DNA of 64,000 nucleotides from Bacteroidales bacterium. Lineage in GTDB: Bacteria; Bacteroidota; Bacteroidia; Bacteroidales; VadinHA17. Both the position numbers and the translations under genes were made by a program. The stretch covers positions 3,532 to 67,531 of the forward strand of contig DATKMR010000001.1 in NCBI GenBank assembly GCA_035541795.1, in the 5' to 3' direction. Shown here piece by piece: positions 1 to 9,422 of the stretch. Position 1 is the first letter of the stretch, and each line of letters begins with the position of its first letter. The notes under the pieces were generated by a model that was not told the origin of the DNA, searched no databases, and worked only from the letters and a program-made list of their open reading frames with translations.

Positions 1-302
1 AAGCGGGAACAGGAATCCGTCCGCAGGTAACGGATTCGATCACCGCTATGGTAAAGGGATACCTTCCCGACGGGAGAGTATTCGAGGACACGTACCAGAA
101 CAAAATCCCGCTGAAAAGCACACCCGCGAACCTGATACCGGGATTAAGGGAAACATTGCAGATCATGCCTGCGGGATCGACATGGAGAATATATATTCCA
201 TCGGCACAGGCATATGCTGAAAAAGGAATACAGGGGATCATCCCTCCCTTCTCCGCAATAGTGTTTGATATTGAACTTTTAAAAGTAGGAACAGGAAAAT
301 AA
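1..302 (+). CDS. FKBP-type peptidyl-prolyl cis-trans isomerase, C-terminal part (5' end outside window)
   Basis: The frame is open from nt 3. The translation ...GTGIRPQVTDSITAMVKGYLPDGRVFEDT...IPGLRETLQIMPAGSTWRIYIPSAQAYAEKG...FSAIVFDIELLKV follows the FKBP domain pattern (G.G..P...D.V.V.Y.G.L.DG..F; IPG..E.L..M..G; L.F.IEL). Stop codon at 300-302. Confidence 0.85.
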   Translation, partial: AGTGIRPQVTDSITAMVKGYLPDGRVFEDTYQNKIPLKSTPANLIPGLRETLQIMPAGSTWRIYIPSAQAYAEKGIQGIIPPFSAIVFDIELLKVGTGK

Positions 303-320
303 GAATACACCCCTATTCTT

Positions 321-430
321 TCTCCCCTCTCCCCTGGGAGAGGGGGCGGGGGTGAGGTAAAATAAACTAGGAGAGGGGCCGGGCTTTGAGGTCCGAAGCA
401 TCAGCGAAGGGCAGGGTGAGGTAATAAAAC
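321..430. repeat. GC-rich intergenic element: a perfect 9-bp hairpin plus a duplicated GAGAGGGG..GGTGAGGTAA(A)ATAAAC module
   Basis: CCCCTCTCC (324-332) and GGAGAGGGG (337-345) are exact reverse complements around a 4-nt loop. GAGAGGGGGCGGGGGTGAGGTAAAATAAAC (338-367) recurs as GAGAGGGGCCGGGC...GGGTGAGGTAATAAAAC (371-430) with about 30 nt inserted. Composition is unlike the AT-rich spacers elsewhere in the window. Confidence 0.5.
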
Positions 431-476
431 CCGGAAATGAGGTGGAGATGAGGCAGACAGCAGTGGAACAATTTAA

Positions 477-3400
477 ATGAACAGGAAACTTATAATAGTC
501 GGGAGAGTTGTAAACAACCACAGAAATGTGGTTGCAGCCCTGCTTTTCTGTTCATTCATATTTCTTCTTCCACAGAAACTTAACAGCCAGGTTGTAAACA
601 ATAACGGAGCGGTTATCAATATACAGGCCGGGACATATGTCAATTCCCAGGATGCCTTTAACACGGCAGGCACACTTTCAAATGCGGGAACATTATCATT
701 AACCGGTAATTTTAACAATACCGCCACAGCCAATGGCAATGGTATCTACCGGATCGGTGGCAACTGGAACAATAATGGCGGCGTGTTCGGTGCCGGGAAC
801 AGTACCGTTTACTTTTTAGGCTCTGCAAACCAGTCTGTTACAAATCCAGGAGGAGAAACTTTCTATAATCTCTACCTGAATAATTCCGGTGCTACCGGGT
901 CGAACCTTCTGGGCCTGAATAATAATGTGACAGTTCTTGGAACCCTTACGCTTTTGCAGGGAAACATATATTCAGGCGGGAATAAAATACTCCTTTCCAA
1001 CCCCCTGCCATCAGCACTCAGTTATATCTCAACCACTCAATCAAGGATACTTGGAAAGTTCGAGAGGGGAGTAAACCAGGCAGGGACATACCTCTTCCCT
1101 CTGGGTACATCCCTGCATTATAACCCGGCGAATCTCATTACCAACAGCGTGAGTGTCGGAGGAACAGTTCTCTCGGAGTTCCTGACCCCTGGGTTGATCG
1201 ATTCAACAGGACTTCCGCTTCCTGATCCGCCCGACGAGGTTGCCAGGGTTTACCAGGACGGATACTGGAGCATGACTGCAAATGGCGGCTTCTCAACCGG
1301 GAACTTCAACATAAATCTTGATGCAACAGGATTCACGACCTTCGCAATTCATGATATAACAAGGATTATCAAGCGCACCACCGGTGGAAGCTGGCTGCTC
1401 GACGGGACACATAGTGCCGCGATCGGGAATGTGGTTTACAGGAATAATCTCACGGGTAACCTGTCCTCCGCAGGAACACAATTTGCACTGGCACAGAGCA
1501 GGCCCCGCATCATAACACAGCCCAGGGACACCGCAGTTTGCGAAACGATGCCATATGCCAACTCCTGGGCGGAATTCATGGTTGTTGCCTCTTCAACCAA
1601 AAATCTTACCTATACCTGGTACAAAGAGCCTGCCGTATTACTGACAGGACCACATTTCAATACAACAGGTCCCGGAACACTTATAATCCTTAATGTCACT
1701 CTCTCCGATGCCGGCAAGTATTACTGTATTGTTACGGATCAGTACGGCACATCCACAAGGAGTTCATCCGCTACACTTGTGGTCAACAAACGGCCCGTTG
1801 CATCAGCTACCCCTTCAATACAGGGCAATGCCTGCTCCAACGTGGCTATCACAAGCATTGTTCTCAACGAAACTAATGGGGTTATAGGAACATCATTTGT
1901 ATGGACAAGAAATAATCCTTCAGGAATTGTTTCAGCGATTCCTCTTAGCGGGACAATCCCAGCTGTGGGCGGATCAATCTCCGGCACGTTCCTGAATACA
2001 AATGACAGCCCAGTGACAGTTACCTTCACAATCAGGCCTATAGGGCCGGGAACGACGTCCTGCGGCGGAGACACTATACATGCAACAGTTACCGTCAACC
2101 CGGTTCCCAAAGCCAACAAGATTACCAATACCAGACCACAGATATGTTATGGCGGCACAACGGCCATAACACTTGACTCATATACAACATTAACGACTGG
2201 CTATGTGACCTTTGATTATAATGTAAGCGTTACCGATGGAACTGTGGTTGGCCCTACAGCGCCCGGAACAAACCTGCCAAAGGGCTCCAACCTCAACCTG
2301 GGCCCGTACCAGGATAACTCCGACACAATCAAATCGGTAACCTACTACGTGACTCCAAGGGCCGTAGCACTCGGATGCCCTGATGGCGCGGTAACGCCGG
2401 TTGAAGTGAAGATTCATGCCAAACCGCTCCAGGGAATAACAGTGATCAAACCTCTTACATGCGACGCCGGTCATGATGCCATTATCAGGGCCGATCTTTC
2501 AAAAGGTGCCGGTCCGTACAGGATAAAATGGACGGGTCCCAATGGTTTCAAGGATACCCTGAATACAACAATTTCCAATCTTTATTCAGGCCGCTACACC
2601 GCAACAGTTACAGACAATCTCGGCTGTTCAAACAACTCATTCAGGGACCTGAACGGCTCAAAAACCACCTCCGTCATGGTTGTCGATCCGCAGGTCTCAT
2701 GTAATGGCGGCAGTGATGGTGTCCTAGGTGTAAGCGTTGACTTTTCTACAGGGATCGGTCCGTGGGATTACTGGATTCTTAAGAATAATGTTGATACTGT
2801 GGTTCATGGTGTGCTGAACAGCATAGGACCCTATAATTACCATGGAGGAATATCTGCAGGGGCGTACTATATAAGGATGAGGGACAGCCAGGGATGCTAT
2901 GAAAAGCTGCAGAACGGCCTGCCGCCCTACATAGATATGCCTGAACCTGACCCGATAAAAGTAACCTTTGTTAAAAAGGCATTCCCGGGCGGCTACAACA
3001 TTTCCTGCAAGGGCTATAATGACGGAAAAGTAAAGGCATCTGCAACAATTGGAGGTAACGGAGGTTATACATATCACTGGTACACGGTCACAGGCAGCAT
3101 ACCGGGTCCTGTTAATACCGACAGTATTTATAATGTTACCGCGGGAAGATATTATCTCGAAGTGAGGGACATCAAGAATTGTTATATGCTCGACAGTGTC
3201 GACCTGACTGATCCGCCGGGAATCCTGCTGTCTGGTTACCAGCTTTCGCTGAGCAGGGACGGCAACTATAACATCTCATGTTCGGGCGGAAACGACGGAT
3301 TCATCAAGATGACAATCTCGGGAGGTTCCGGCTCCTATGTCTTTAACTGGAGCGGCCCGGGGGGATTTACCGCGTCTACCAGGGATATTTCGGGACTGAA

Positions 3401-4973
3401 AGCAGGTACATACACAGCAACGGTAACAGATGTGGCAAATTCGTCCTGCCTGGTTATGCCTAAGCCATCATTCACACTTACGGAACCGGCAGCACTTAAT
3501 ATTTCAGTTTCAAAATCTGTATCTACCGATGGTGCATATAATATAAACTGTAACGGCGGGACAGGAATGATCAACCTCACCGTTACGGGAGGGAGCACAG
3601 GTAACTACCGGTATGCCTGGTCAACAACAGATGGCTCCGGTATTGTTGCCGGGCAGGAGGATCAGAATGCCCTCAAGGCTGGAAATTACCATGTTGTCGT
3701 TACCGATTCGAACCTTTGCGTCACCTCAACTGATGTAACACTTACACAGCCCTTGCCGCTTTCCGTCAGCCTCCAGCCTGTCGATCTGACGTGTATATCA
3801 CAAGGCAGCATTAACCTGACCGTGACCGGTGGCGTCGGTCCATATACCTACCTGTGGTCCAATGGCGCCGTTACTCAAAACATTTCGGGTCTTTCCGCCG
3901 GCACGTATTCAGTGATGGTAACAGATGTGAATGGCTGTATCGCACCGGGCTCCGCGGCTGTGAGCCTGCCGCCACCGGTTGTATTCACGGGAACGTTATC
4001 AGATCATAACGGTTTCGGCGTCAGCTGCTACGGTTTGTCAGACGGATCGATCAAACTTAACATTACATCTGGCGTTGCACCTTATACCTTCCAGTGGACA
4101 ACACCTTACGGGAACCTTTCAACTCAGGATATTTCCAGCCTGAAGGCCGGGCATTACGACGTGCTGGTAACGGATAAAAACTCCTGCACGGCCACATCGG
4201 GCTTCGATCTTACAGAGCCCGGCAAGATGGGAATGAATCTTACTTTGTCTCAGAGCTCTGATGGCATGTACAACATTAACTGTGCCGGGGGAAGTACTGG
4301 TTCAATCAGTGTCGATCCGGTGAATAATGCCGGGTCAGTCAGCTACCTGTGGTCAGACGGAAGCCTCGAAAGGAACAGGACTTACATACCGGCCGGAACA
4401 TACAAGGTCATTCTGCTCGATCAGAACAACTGCAATGCAGATACTACAGTGATACTCACGCAGCCCGACTCAATCAGGATCTCCTTCGATGTGGTCCAGG
4501 CACTTTGCCCCGATAGTCCCGACGGGCAGATAACAGCATCTGCTACAGGAGGTATTGCAGGCGGAGGATACACCTACAGGTGGTCAAATAATTATACGGG
4601 CCAGTTCGTGAACAACATATTGCGTGGCTGGTGGAGGGTCACGGTAACGGATGCCAATAATTGCGCTATGAAAGATTCCGTCAAAATGGAACCGCAGCGG
4701 AGCACATGCCTTGTCATTCCAAACATATTCTCGCCTAACGGGGATAATATAAACGACACCTGGATAATAGAGGAAACAAATCTTTATCCCGAACTTGAAG
4801 TCAGGATATTCAACAGATGGGGTGAGCTTGTCTGGAAATCGGCAAGAGGTTACCCGAATCCATGGGACGGGAAGAGCAATGGGATACCGCTGCCAATAGA
4901 TTCATATTTCTATCTTATTGATCTGCATAACGGTACAAAACCAGTTACAGGCAATGTGACCATAGTGAAATAA
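477..4973 (+). CDS. T9SS cargo: large cell-surface adhesin with SprB-type repeats and a type-B (gliding-motility-associated) C-terminal sorting domain
   Basis: 1498 aa with an N-terminal signal peptide (VVAALLFCSFIFLLPQKLNSQ). It has an Asn/Gly-rich N-terminal region and an Ig-like segment (PRIITQPRD...GKYYCIVTDQYG). About 10 Cys-containing repeats follow (YNISC.G..DG.I...GG.GPYTY.WS...I..L.AG.Y...VTD.NGC). The C-terminus reads CLVIPNIFSPNGDNINDTW...RIFNRWGELVW...WDGKSNG..LP...YFY. Confidence 0.9.
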   Translation: MNRKLIIVGRVVNNHRNVVAALLFCSFIFLLPQKLNSQVVNNNGAVINIQAGTYVNSQDAFNTAGTLSNAGTLSLTGNFNNTATANGNGIYRIGGNWNNNGGVFGAGNSTVYFLGSANQSVTNPGGETFYNLYLNNSGATGSNLLGLNNNVTVLGTLTLLQGNIYSGGNKILLSNPLPSALSYISTTQSRILGKFERGVNQAGTYLFPLGTSLHYNPANLITNSVSVGGTVLSEFLTPGLIDSTGLPLPDPPDEVARVYQDGYWSMTANGGFSTGNFNINLDATGFTTFAIHDITRIIKRTTGGSWLLDGTHSAAIGNVVYRNNLTGNLSSAGTQFALAQSRPRIITQPRDTAVCETMPYANSWAEFMVVASSTKNLTYTWYKEPAVLLTGPHFNTTGPGTLIILNVTLSDAGKYYCIVTDQYGTSTRSSSATLVVNKRPVASATPSIQGNACSNVAITSIVLNETNGVIGTSFVWTRNNPSGIVSAIPLSGTIPAVGGSISGTFLNTNDSPVTVTFTIRPIGPGTTSCGGDTIHATVTVNPVPKANKITNTRPQICYGGTTAITLDSYTTLTTGYVTFDYNVSVTDGTVVGPTAPGTNLPKGSNLNLGPYQDNSDTIKSVTYYVTPRAVALGCPDGAVTPVEVKIHAKPLQGITVIKPLTCDAGHDAIIRADLSKGAGPYRIKWTGPNGFKDTLNTTISNLYSGRYTATVTDNLGCSNNSFRDLNGSKTTSVMVVDPQVSCNGGSDGVLGVSVDFSTGIGPWDYWILKNNVDTVVHGVLNSIGPYNYHGGISAGAYYIRMRDSQGCYEKLQNGLPPYIDMPEPDPIKVTFVKKAFPGGYNISCKGYNDGKVKASATIGGNGGYTYHWYTVTGSIPGPVNTDSIYNVTAGRYYLEVRDIKNCYMLDSVDLTDPPGILLSGYQLSLSRDGNYNISCSGGNDGFIKMTISGGSGSYVFNWSGPGGFTASTRDISGLKAGTYTATVTDVANSSCLVMPKPSFTLTEPAALNISVSKSVSTDGAYNINCNGGTGMINLTVTGGSTGNYRYAWSTTDGSGIVAGQEDQNALKAGNYHVVVTDSNLCVTSTDVTLTQPLPLSVSLQPVDLTCISQGSINLTVTGGVGPYTYLWSNGAVTQNISGLSAGTYSVMVTDVNGCIAPGSAAVSLPPPVVFTGTLSDHNGFGVSCYGLSDGSIKLNITSGVAPYTFQWTTPYGNLSTQDISSLKAGHYDVLVTDKNSCTATSGFDLTEPGKMGMNLTLSQSSDGMYNINCAGGSTGSISVDPVNNAGSVSYLWSDGSLERNRTYIPAGTYKVILLDQNNCNADTTVILTQPDSIRISFDVVQALCPDSPDGQITASATGGIAGGGYTYRWSNNYTGQFVNNILRGWWRVTVTDANNCAMKDSVKMEPQRSTCLVIPNIFSPNGDNINDTWIIEETNLYPELEVRIFNRWGELVWKSARGYPNPWDGKSNGIPLPIDSYFYLIDLHNGTKPVTGNVTIVK
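2440..4660 (+). repeat. Protein-level tandem array of about 10 SprB-type repeats (75-85 aa each) inside the adhesin
   Basis: The block C.G..DG.I......GG..PY.Y.W......T..I..L.AG.Y.V.VTD.N.C recurs from about aa 655 to 1395. The DNA copies are diverged; I saw no near-identical nucleotide repeats. Confidence 0.75.
4707..4970 (+). other. T9SS type-B C-terminal sorting domain (last 88 aa of the adhesin)
   Basis: CLVIPNIFSPNGDNINDTWIIEE...LEVRIFNRWGELVWKS...PWDGKSNGIPLPIDSYFYLIDL...GNVTIVK is the characteristic gliding-motility-associated C-terminal domain signature. Confidence 0.85.
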
Positions 4974-4984
4974 ATTTTTTTAAA

Positions 4985-5971
4985 TTGACTGTGTTGAAAA
5001 GGCTGCTTTACATATTTGTGATACTTCTCTGGGCCGGAGTTGCTAAGGCACAGCAGCTGCCTATTTTCAGCCAGTACCTCTATAATAAGTTCCTTATCAA
5101 TCCTGCCGTCGCGGGAAGCGATGGTTATACAAGCTACAGCCTGACGGCAAGGGAGCAGTGGGTAGGTCTTTACGGGGCTCCCCAGACTTTTGCTTTCAGC
5201 GGTCAGACGAGGATTATGAAGAAGAAGTATATCGTGAGGCAGACGAGCACAAAGAAACAATATGTACGGCCCAAATCGGACGGGAGAATAGGGCTGGGAG
5301 CATATGTCTTCAGCGACAGGAGCGGGCTTATGCAGAGGACAGGCTTCCAGTTGTCGTATGCATATCACATGTGGATTGACAGGAATACCCAGCTTTCAAT
5401 GGGTCTTGCATTTACGGGGTACCAGTTTAAACTGGATGAGAAGCAGATTGATTTTCACGATCCCAACGAACCCTGGATGAACAGCGATATGAGGAAAGGG
5501 GTGTTCATTCCCGATGCCGCCGCCGGTGTATATATCCTCAACGCAAAGTACAATGCCGGTTTTTCAGTCGACCAGCTTTTCGGTGCGGCTCTTAAACTGG
5601 GCGATGCGGCATTTAAAAAATTCCAGATGGCAAGACAGGTGAACATTTTCGGAGCTTATACCATTGAAGCGAGCCGGTACGGGGAGATTCAGCCCTCATT
5701 TATTTTCAGGATGTCGACACAGCTGAAACCACAGGCTGATGCCGGCCTGACATATATATATAAGCAGTCATTCTGGGCAGGTCTCACCTACAGGACAAGC
5801 GGGGCTGCCATTGCAATGATAGGGGCAAAATACCAGAACCTGTGGTTCGGTTATTCAGTCGATTTTACACTGCAGGAGATTCAGAGAGTAACTTACGGAA
5901 CTCATGAATTCACTGTTGCCATGAAGTTCGGTGATAATTCAAGAAGGTACAGGTGGCTCGATCGTTACTGA
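4985..5971 (+). CDS. PorP/SprF-family type IX secretion system outer-membrane protein
   Basis: Signal peptide followed by AQQLPIFSQYLYNKFLINPAVAGSDG, the typical PorP/SprF N-terminus. A beta-rich 300-aa body ends ...THEFTVAMKFG. There is no ATG, so the start is TTG at 4985 (or GTG 4991 / TTG 4994), 11 nt after the adhesin stop. Confidence 0.88.
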   Translation: MTVLKRLLYIFVILLWAGVAKAQQLPIFSQYLYNKFLINPAVAGSDGYTSYSLTAREQWVGLYGAPQTFAFSGQTRIMKKKYIVRQTSTKKQYVRPKSDGRIGLGAYVFSDRSGLMQRTGFQLSYAYHMWIDRNTQLSMGLAFTGYQFKLDEKQIDFHDPNEPWMNSDMRKGVFIPDAAAGVYILNAKYNAGFSVDQLFGAALKLGDAAFKKFQMARQVNIFGAYTIEASRYGEIQPSFIFRMSTQLKPQADAGLTYIYKQSFWAGLTYRTSGAAIAMIGAKYQNLWFGYSVDFTLQEIQRVTYGTHEFTVAMKFGDNSRRYRWLDRY

Positions 5972-6864
5972 TCCGGTCCCTTGCAGGCAATATATACCAA
6001 TGAACTGGCTCTCCCCCGGTTGAAGAACGAAAGAAATGAGAAATACAGCCCTTTAATCATTCCCGTGACAAATCCTGGTTTAGATCCCCTTTGCTTCTCA
6101 CTGAGTATGGAAATATAGAATACATCGAAGGGCAGTATCCGTTCTTCGATCAGCCTGAACCCGTTTTCGTTAAGGAATGACCTGAAAACAAGAGGACTGA
6201 AATGCCACAGGTGGCGGGGAACATCCCACGCGGCCCAGTCTTTTGAGTAATGAACAGCATCAAATGAATCGCAGTTGGGAAGTGCGATTACCATTTTTCC
6301 TCCGGGGCGCAGCATCCTTGCAGCCTCTGAAAAATATCCCTTTATGTCATAAATATGTTCCGCCACGTGCCACATCGTAATACAATCGAAATGACCATCC
6401 GGCAGGTTGTGGATGTGACCGGGACCGAATACTTTCAGCCCGAACTTACCGGCAGAATAGTCCCTGGCACTCGTGCTGACCTCAATCCCTGTCACGTCCC
6501 ATCCCGACCTGTTCATCGTTTCCAGGAAATGTCCTGTTCCGCTGCCAATATCCAGGAGATTACCTTTTGCCATTGAGGTGCTGACAAGCGTGAGCTTCTT
6601 TTTCCTGCCGAGCATGTATCCTCTCACGACCTGGTAGATCCTCTCAAAAATGGTTTTTTTCGAATCGGTATGTGATATATATTCGGGCGATTCGTAGTAT
6701 TTTCCGGAGTCAGCTTCATCCGGTATATCCTGGGTGAACCTGAAGCCACAGGTCCTGCAGGTGAAAATATCAAAATCAGCACCGGTGACCAGGTGGTCGG
6801 TGCATGTGTGCAGCAGCACAATGTCTTTGCTGCCACATACCTGGCAGCTGTTATGATGCAACAT
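5965..6864 (-). CDS. Class I SAM-dependent methyltransferase with an N-terminal Cys4 zinc ribbon
   Basis: CQVCGSKD...CRTCGFRF ribbon, then the SAM motif I LLDIGSGTGHFLE and GGKMVIALPN. I trimmed the start to MLHHNSC (6864), which gives a 14-nt overlap with the upstream gene's stop. The longer ORF reaching 6945 would overlap by 95 nt. Confidence 0.8.
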   Translation of the reverse strand: MLHHNSCQVCGSKDIVLLHTCTDHLVTGADFDIFTCRTCGFRFTQDIPDEADSGKYYESPEYISHTDSKKTIFERIYQVVRGYMLGRKKKLTLVSTSMAKGNLLDIGSGTGHFLETMNRSGWDVTGIEVSTSARDYSAGKFGLKVFGPGHIHNLPDGHFDCITMWHVAEHIYDIKGYFSEAARMLRPGGKMVIALPNCDSFDAVHYSKDWAAWDVPRHLWHFSPLVFRSFLNENGFRLIEERILPFDVFYISILSEKQRGSKPGFVTGMIKGLYFSFLSFFNRGRASSLVYIACKGPDQ

Positions 6865-9334
6865 TCTGACCGGTTTTCTTCCTTCCGAGAAACTCCCTTG
6901 CAATGAAACCTGCCAGCAGGATAAGGAAGAGTGCAGAGCTTGCAAAAGATATCTTATTCCCCGTATAATATGAATCGGGTTCGAAGCTGAAACGTATTTC
7001 GTGCCGGCCTGCAGGAACGACCATCCCCCGAAGTGTCCAGTTCGCTCTTATATATGAGGCTTTTTTCCCGTCGATAAAGGCCTTCCACCCTGCCGGGTAC
7101 CATATTTCTGAAAATACGATAAGTCTCTCGCCGGAGGCATTATAGCTGTACACCAGCTCGTTTGCCCTGTACGATTCAAGACTTACCGAGTCACCCGGCT
7201 GGTGACGGAATGATGAAGATCTTACAATGTTCCTGAATTCCCCTGAGACGGCCGCTATCTTGCCTGGATCTATCCTGGCGGTAAGAGAAAGCTCCTCGTT
7301 CCCGTTCGGGGCGAAAACCGCACTGTCGGCAAACCAGGCATTTCCCAGCGCCTTCGTATTGGTGTACGGCTCCATGTTCGGATCAATAATGAAGTACTTC
7401 GCATTAAGCATCCGCATGGCATTATTGTTCGAGAGTCTTTCAAGCGACGGCATAAGATCGGCCATTGTCCTGGCAGTTTGTCTCGCAGCCTGGTAACCTA
7501 TAAGGTCGTTGTTTATAATGCTGTCGGTTATCTCCTCGTACCTTCTCAGCTTCGCGCCATTGTATCCGCCTATTGATTTGTGAAAGAACGAGGTTGAGGC
7601 ATCGTTGAAAACACTGACCGAAAGGTTCAGCACTCTGTGATATGATTTGTCTGCAAGTATCCTGCTGTCGGCAAGCGACGGTGTTTCGAGCTTCCTAATA
7701 GTGGTATTGTTTACAAAATTGTCCGAATTTAGGTATCTCTTGTCTACTGAAAACATATCTATGAGGAAGAGGAGGCCAAGGATCGCAATTGCTGCATTTT
7801 TCCCCACTTTCTCATAGAAGAAACCAAGCAGGACACCGCACGCCATCAGGATGAATACAAGCGACCTGAGTGCATCGAGCCTCAGCAATCTCATCCTGTC
7901 GGCCTTAAGGGCTGATGAAAGCCAGTCGGGAAGCTGGCCCGGATCGTACCGGGAGCTGAAGTTACCCGACAGTCCGGGGACAAGGATGAAGATAAGGGAG
8001 AGACCACCTGTAATTCCAAGGGCTATCTTAATTCCTTTGAGAAGCACCTTCCTGTCGGTCCTGCCTTCAAATATTTCTCTCAATGCCAGTATCCCAAGGA
8101 GGGGCATGCAGAATTCCGCGATAACAAGTGTCATTGTCACGGCCCTGAATTTATTATATCCCGGGAAATGATTCATGAAGAAACTTGTAAGGGGCATGAA
8201 ATTCTTACCCCAGGCAAGCATTATCGAGAGGACCGTAGCGGCAAGCAGCCACCATTTCTCAGGTCCTTTAATAATAAAAAGTCCGAGCACGAACAGGAAG
8301 CAGATAATAGCTCCGACATAGACAGGGCCATCTGTCCATGGCTGAGTACCCCAGTACTGGTAAAAACCTGAAGCGTACTGCCCTGCATTGTTCTGGCGCA
8401 GTGCAGTTACTGTGCCTGACGAGAGATCGAAAGGCTTGCTTGAGCCTCCCTTGAAATTCGGGATAAGCAGTGTCATTGTTTCATCGATACCGTAGCTCCA
8501 GTGTGTTGCATATTCGAAATCAAGGCCTTTTGTCCTGCCCTTGTTTTCAGTAACGATATTCGATCCGCCCCTGTTTGAGAATTTGCCATATTCCCAGGTG
8601 GTATAAAGCGACCCGAAATTCATTCCCACGGCCAGGAGAACCGGAATAACCATCACTGCTGACCTGATGAGAAACTTCCTGATCTCCTTTTGCCTTATGG
8701 CCCAGATGAACTCGGCAATTACAAGTACCAGCACACAGAGGAAAGAATAATATGTTATCTGCGGATGGTTCGCAATAAGCTCCAGGGCAAGGAAGAAGGT
8801 TGTCAGAAGTGCACCTTTTAAAATATCAAACCGGTACGTATAATAGATGCTTCCGATCATCGGGGCCATATAGGCTATTGCAATGGCTTTTGTATTATGG
8901 CCGGCAGTGAGGATAAAGAAAAAATAAGTTGACAAACCGTATGCAATTGCCCCTCCAATCGCCAGCCACGGCTTTACCCTGAAAATCAGAAGTAGGATGT
9001 AGAATCCGAGCATCGTCAGAAAGATTGAGGCGATTGGAAGCTTCATGATTTTAAGCAAAGTATCGGCCGACCTGATTATATTGCCTGTAAATTTCACAGA
9101 AATCATGTATGCAGGCATCCCGCTGAACATCGCATTGGTCCAGAGTGGCTCCGAACCATATTTTACCCTGAAATCGGTAATCTCTTTTGCAGCATCCCTT
9201 GCCTGGGTGCTGTCGTTAGTGTGCAGAACCTTCCCTTCCAGGACAGGATAGAAGTAAACTACGGTAATAACCAGGAAAATTGCCACCGCCGCCAGGTGCG
9301 GCAAAGCTGATTTAAAAAGATTGCTGCTTCTCAT
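6851..9334 (-). CDS. YfhO-like polytopic membrane protein (GT-C-type glycosyltransferase candidate)
   Basis: About 827 aa with many TM helices. The N-terminus YFYPVLEGKVLHTNDSTQ....GSEPLWTNAMFSGMPAY resembles Bacteroidota proteins I remember as YfhO family, and there is a large C-terminal periplasmic domain. Start set at MRSSNLF (9334), which has a -7 box 32 nt upstream. Confidence 0.7.
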   Translation of the reverse strand: MRSSNLFKSALPHLAAVAIFLVITVVYFYPVLEGKVLHTNDSTQARDAAKEITDFRVKYGSEPLWTNAMFSGMPAYMISVKFTGNIIRSADTLLKIMKLPIASIFLTMLGFYILLLIFRVKPWLAIGGAIAYGLSTYFFFILTAGHNTKAIAIAYMAPMIGSIYYTYRFDILKGALLTTFFLALELIANHPQITYYSFLCVLVLVIAEFIWAIRQKEIRKFLIRSAVMVIPVLLAVGMNFGSLYTTWEYGKFSNRGGSNIVTENKGRTKGLDFEYATHWSYGIDETMTLLIPNFKGGSSKPFDLSSGTVTALRQNNAGQYASGFYQYWGTQPWTDGPVYVGAIICFLFVLGLFIIKGPEKWWLLAATVLSIMLAWGKNFMPLTSFFMNHFPGYNKFRAVTMTLVIAEFCMPLLGILALREIFEGRTDRKVLLKGIKIALGITGGLSLIFILVPGLSGNFSSRYDPGQLPDWLSSALKADRMRLLRLDALRSLVFILMACGVLLGFFYEKVGKNAAIAILGLLFLIDMFSVDKRYLNSDNFVNNTTIRKLETPSLADSRILADKSYHRVLNLSVSVFNDASTSFFHKSIGGYNGAKLRRYEEITDSIINNDLIGYQAARQTARTMADLMPSLERLSNNNAMRMLNAKYFIIDPNMEPYTNTKALGNAWFADSAVFAPNGNEELSLTARIDPGKIAAVSGEFRNIVRSSSFRHQPGDSVSLESYRANELVYSYNASGERLIVFSEIWYPAGWKAFIDGKKASYIRANWTLRGMVVPAGRHEIRFSFEPDSYYTGNKISFASSALFLILLAGFIAREFLGRKKTGQNVAS

Positions 9335-9366
9335 CCGGAGATTATTGTAATTGTTTGTACAGTTGA

Positions 9367-9374
9367 CAAAAATA
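9367..9374 (-). promoter_or_regulatory. Bacteroidota -7 promoter box (TAnnTTTG)
   Basis: Reads TATTTTTG on the minus strand, 32 nt upstream of ATG 9334. It lies inside the 162-nt N-terminal extension of the raw ORF. Confidence 0.45.
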
Positions 9375-9422
9375 CTTGAATAAAGGAAACAATGATAATA
9401 TTGGAATGTAATTAACCTTTCA

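Noticed and set aside
279-739. Two minus-strand ORFs (279-521 and 473-739) covering the GC-rich repeat and the start of the adhesin gene.
   Set aside because: The first is produced by the G/C-rich repeat (..PSPRGEGRK..). The second is antisense to the adhesin signal-peptide region. Neither has coding-like composition.
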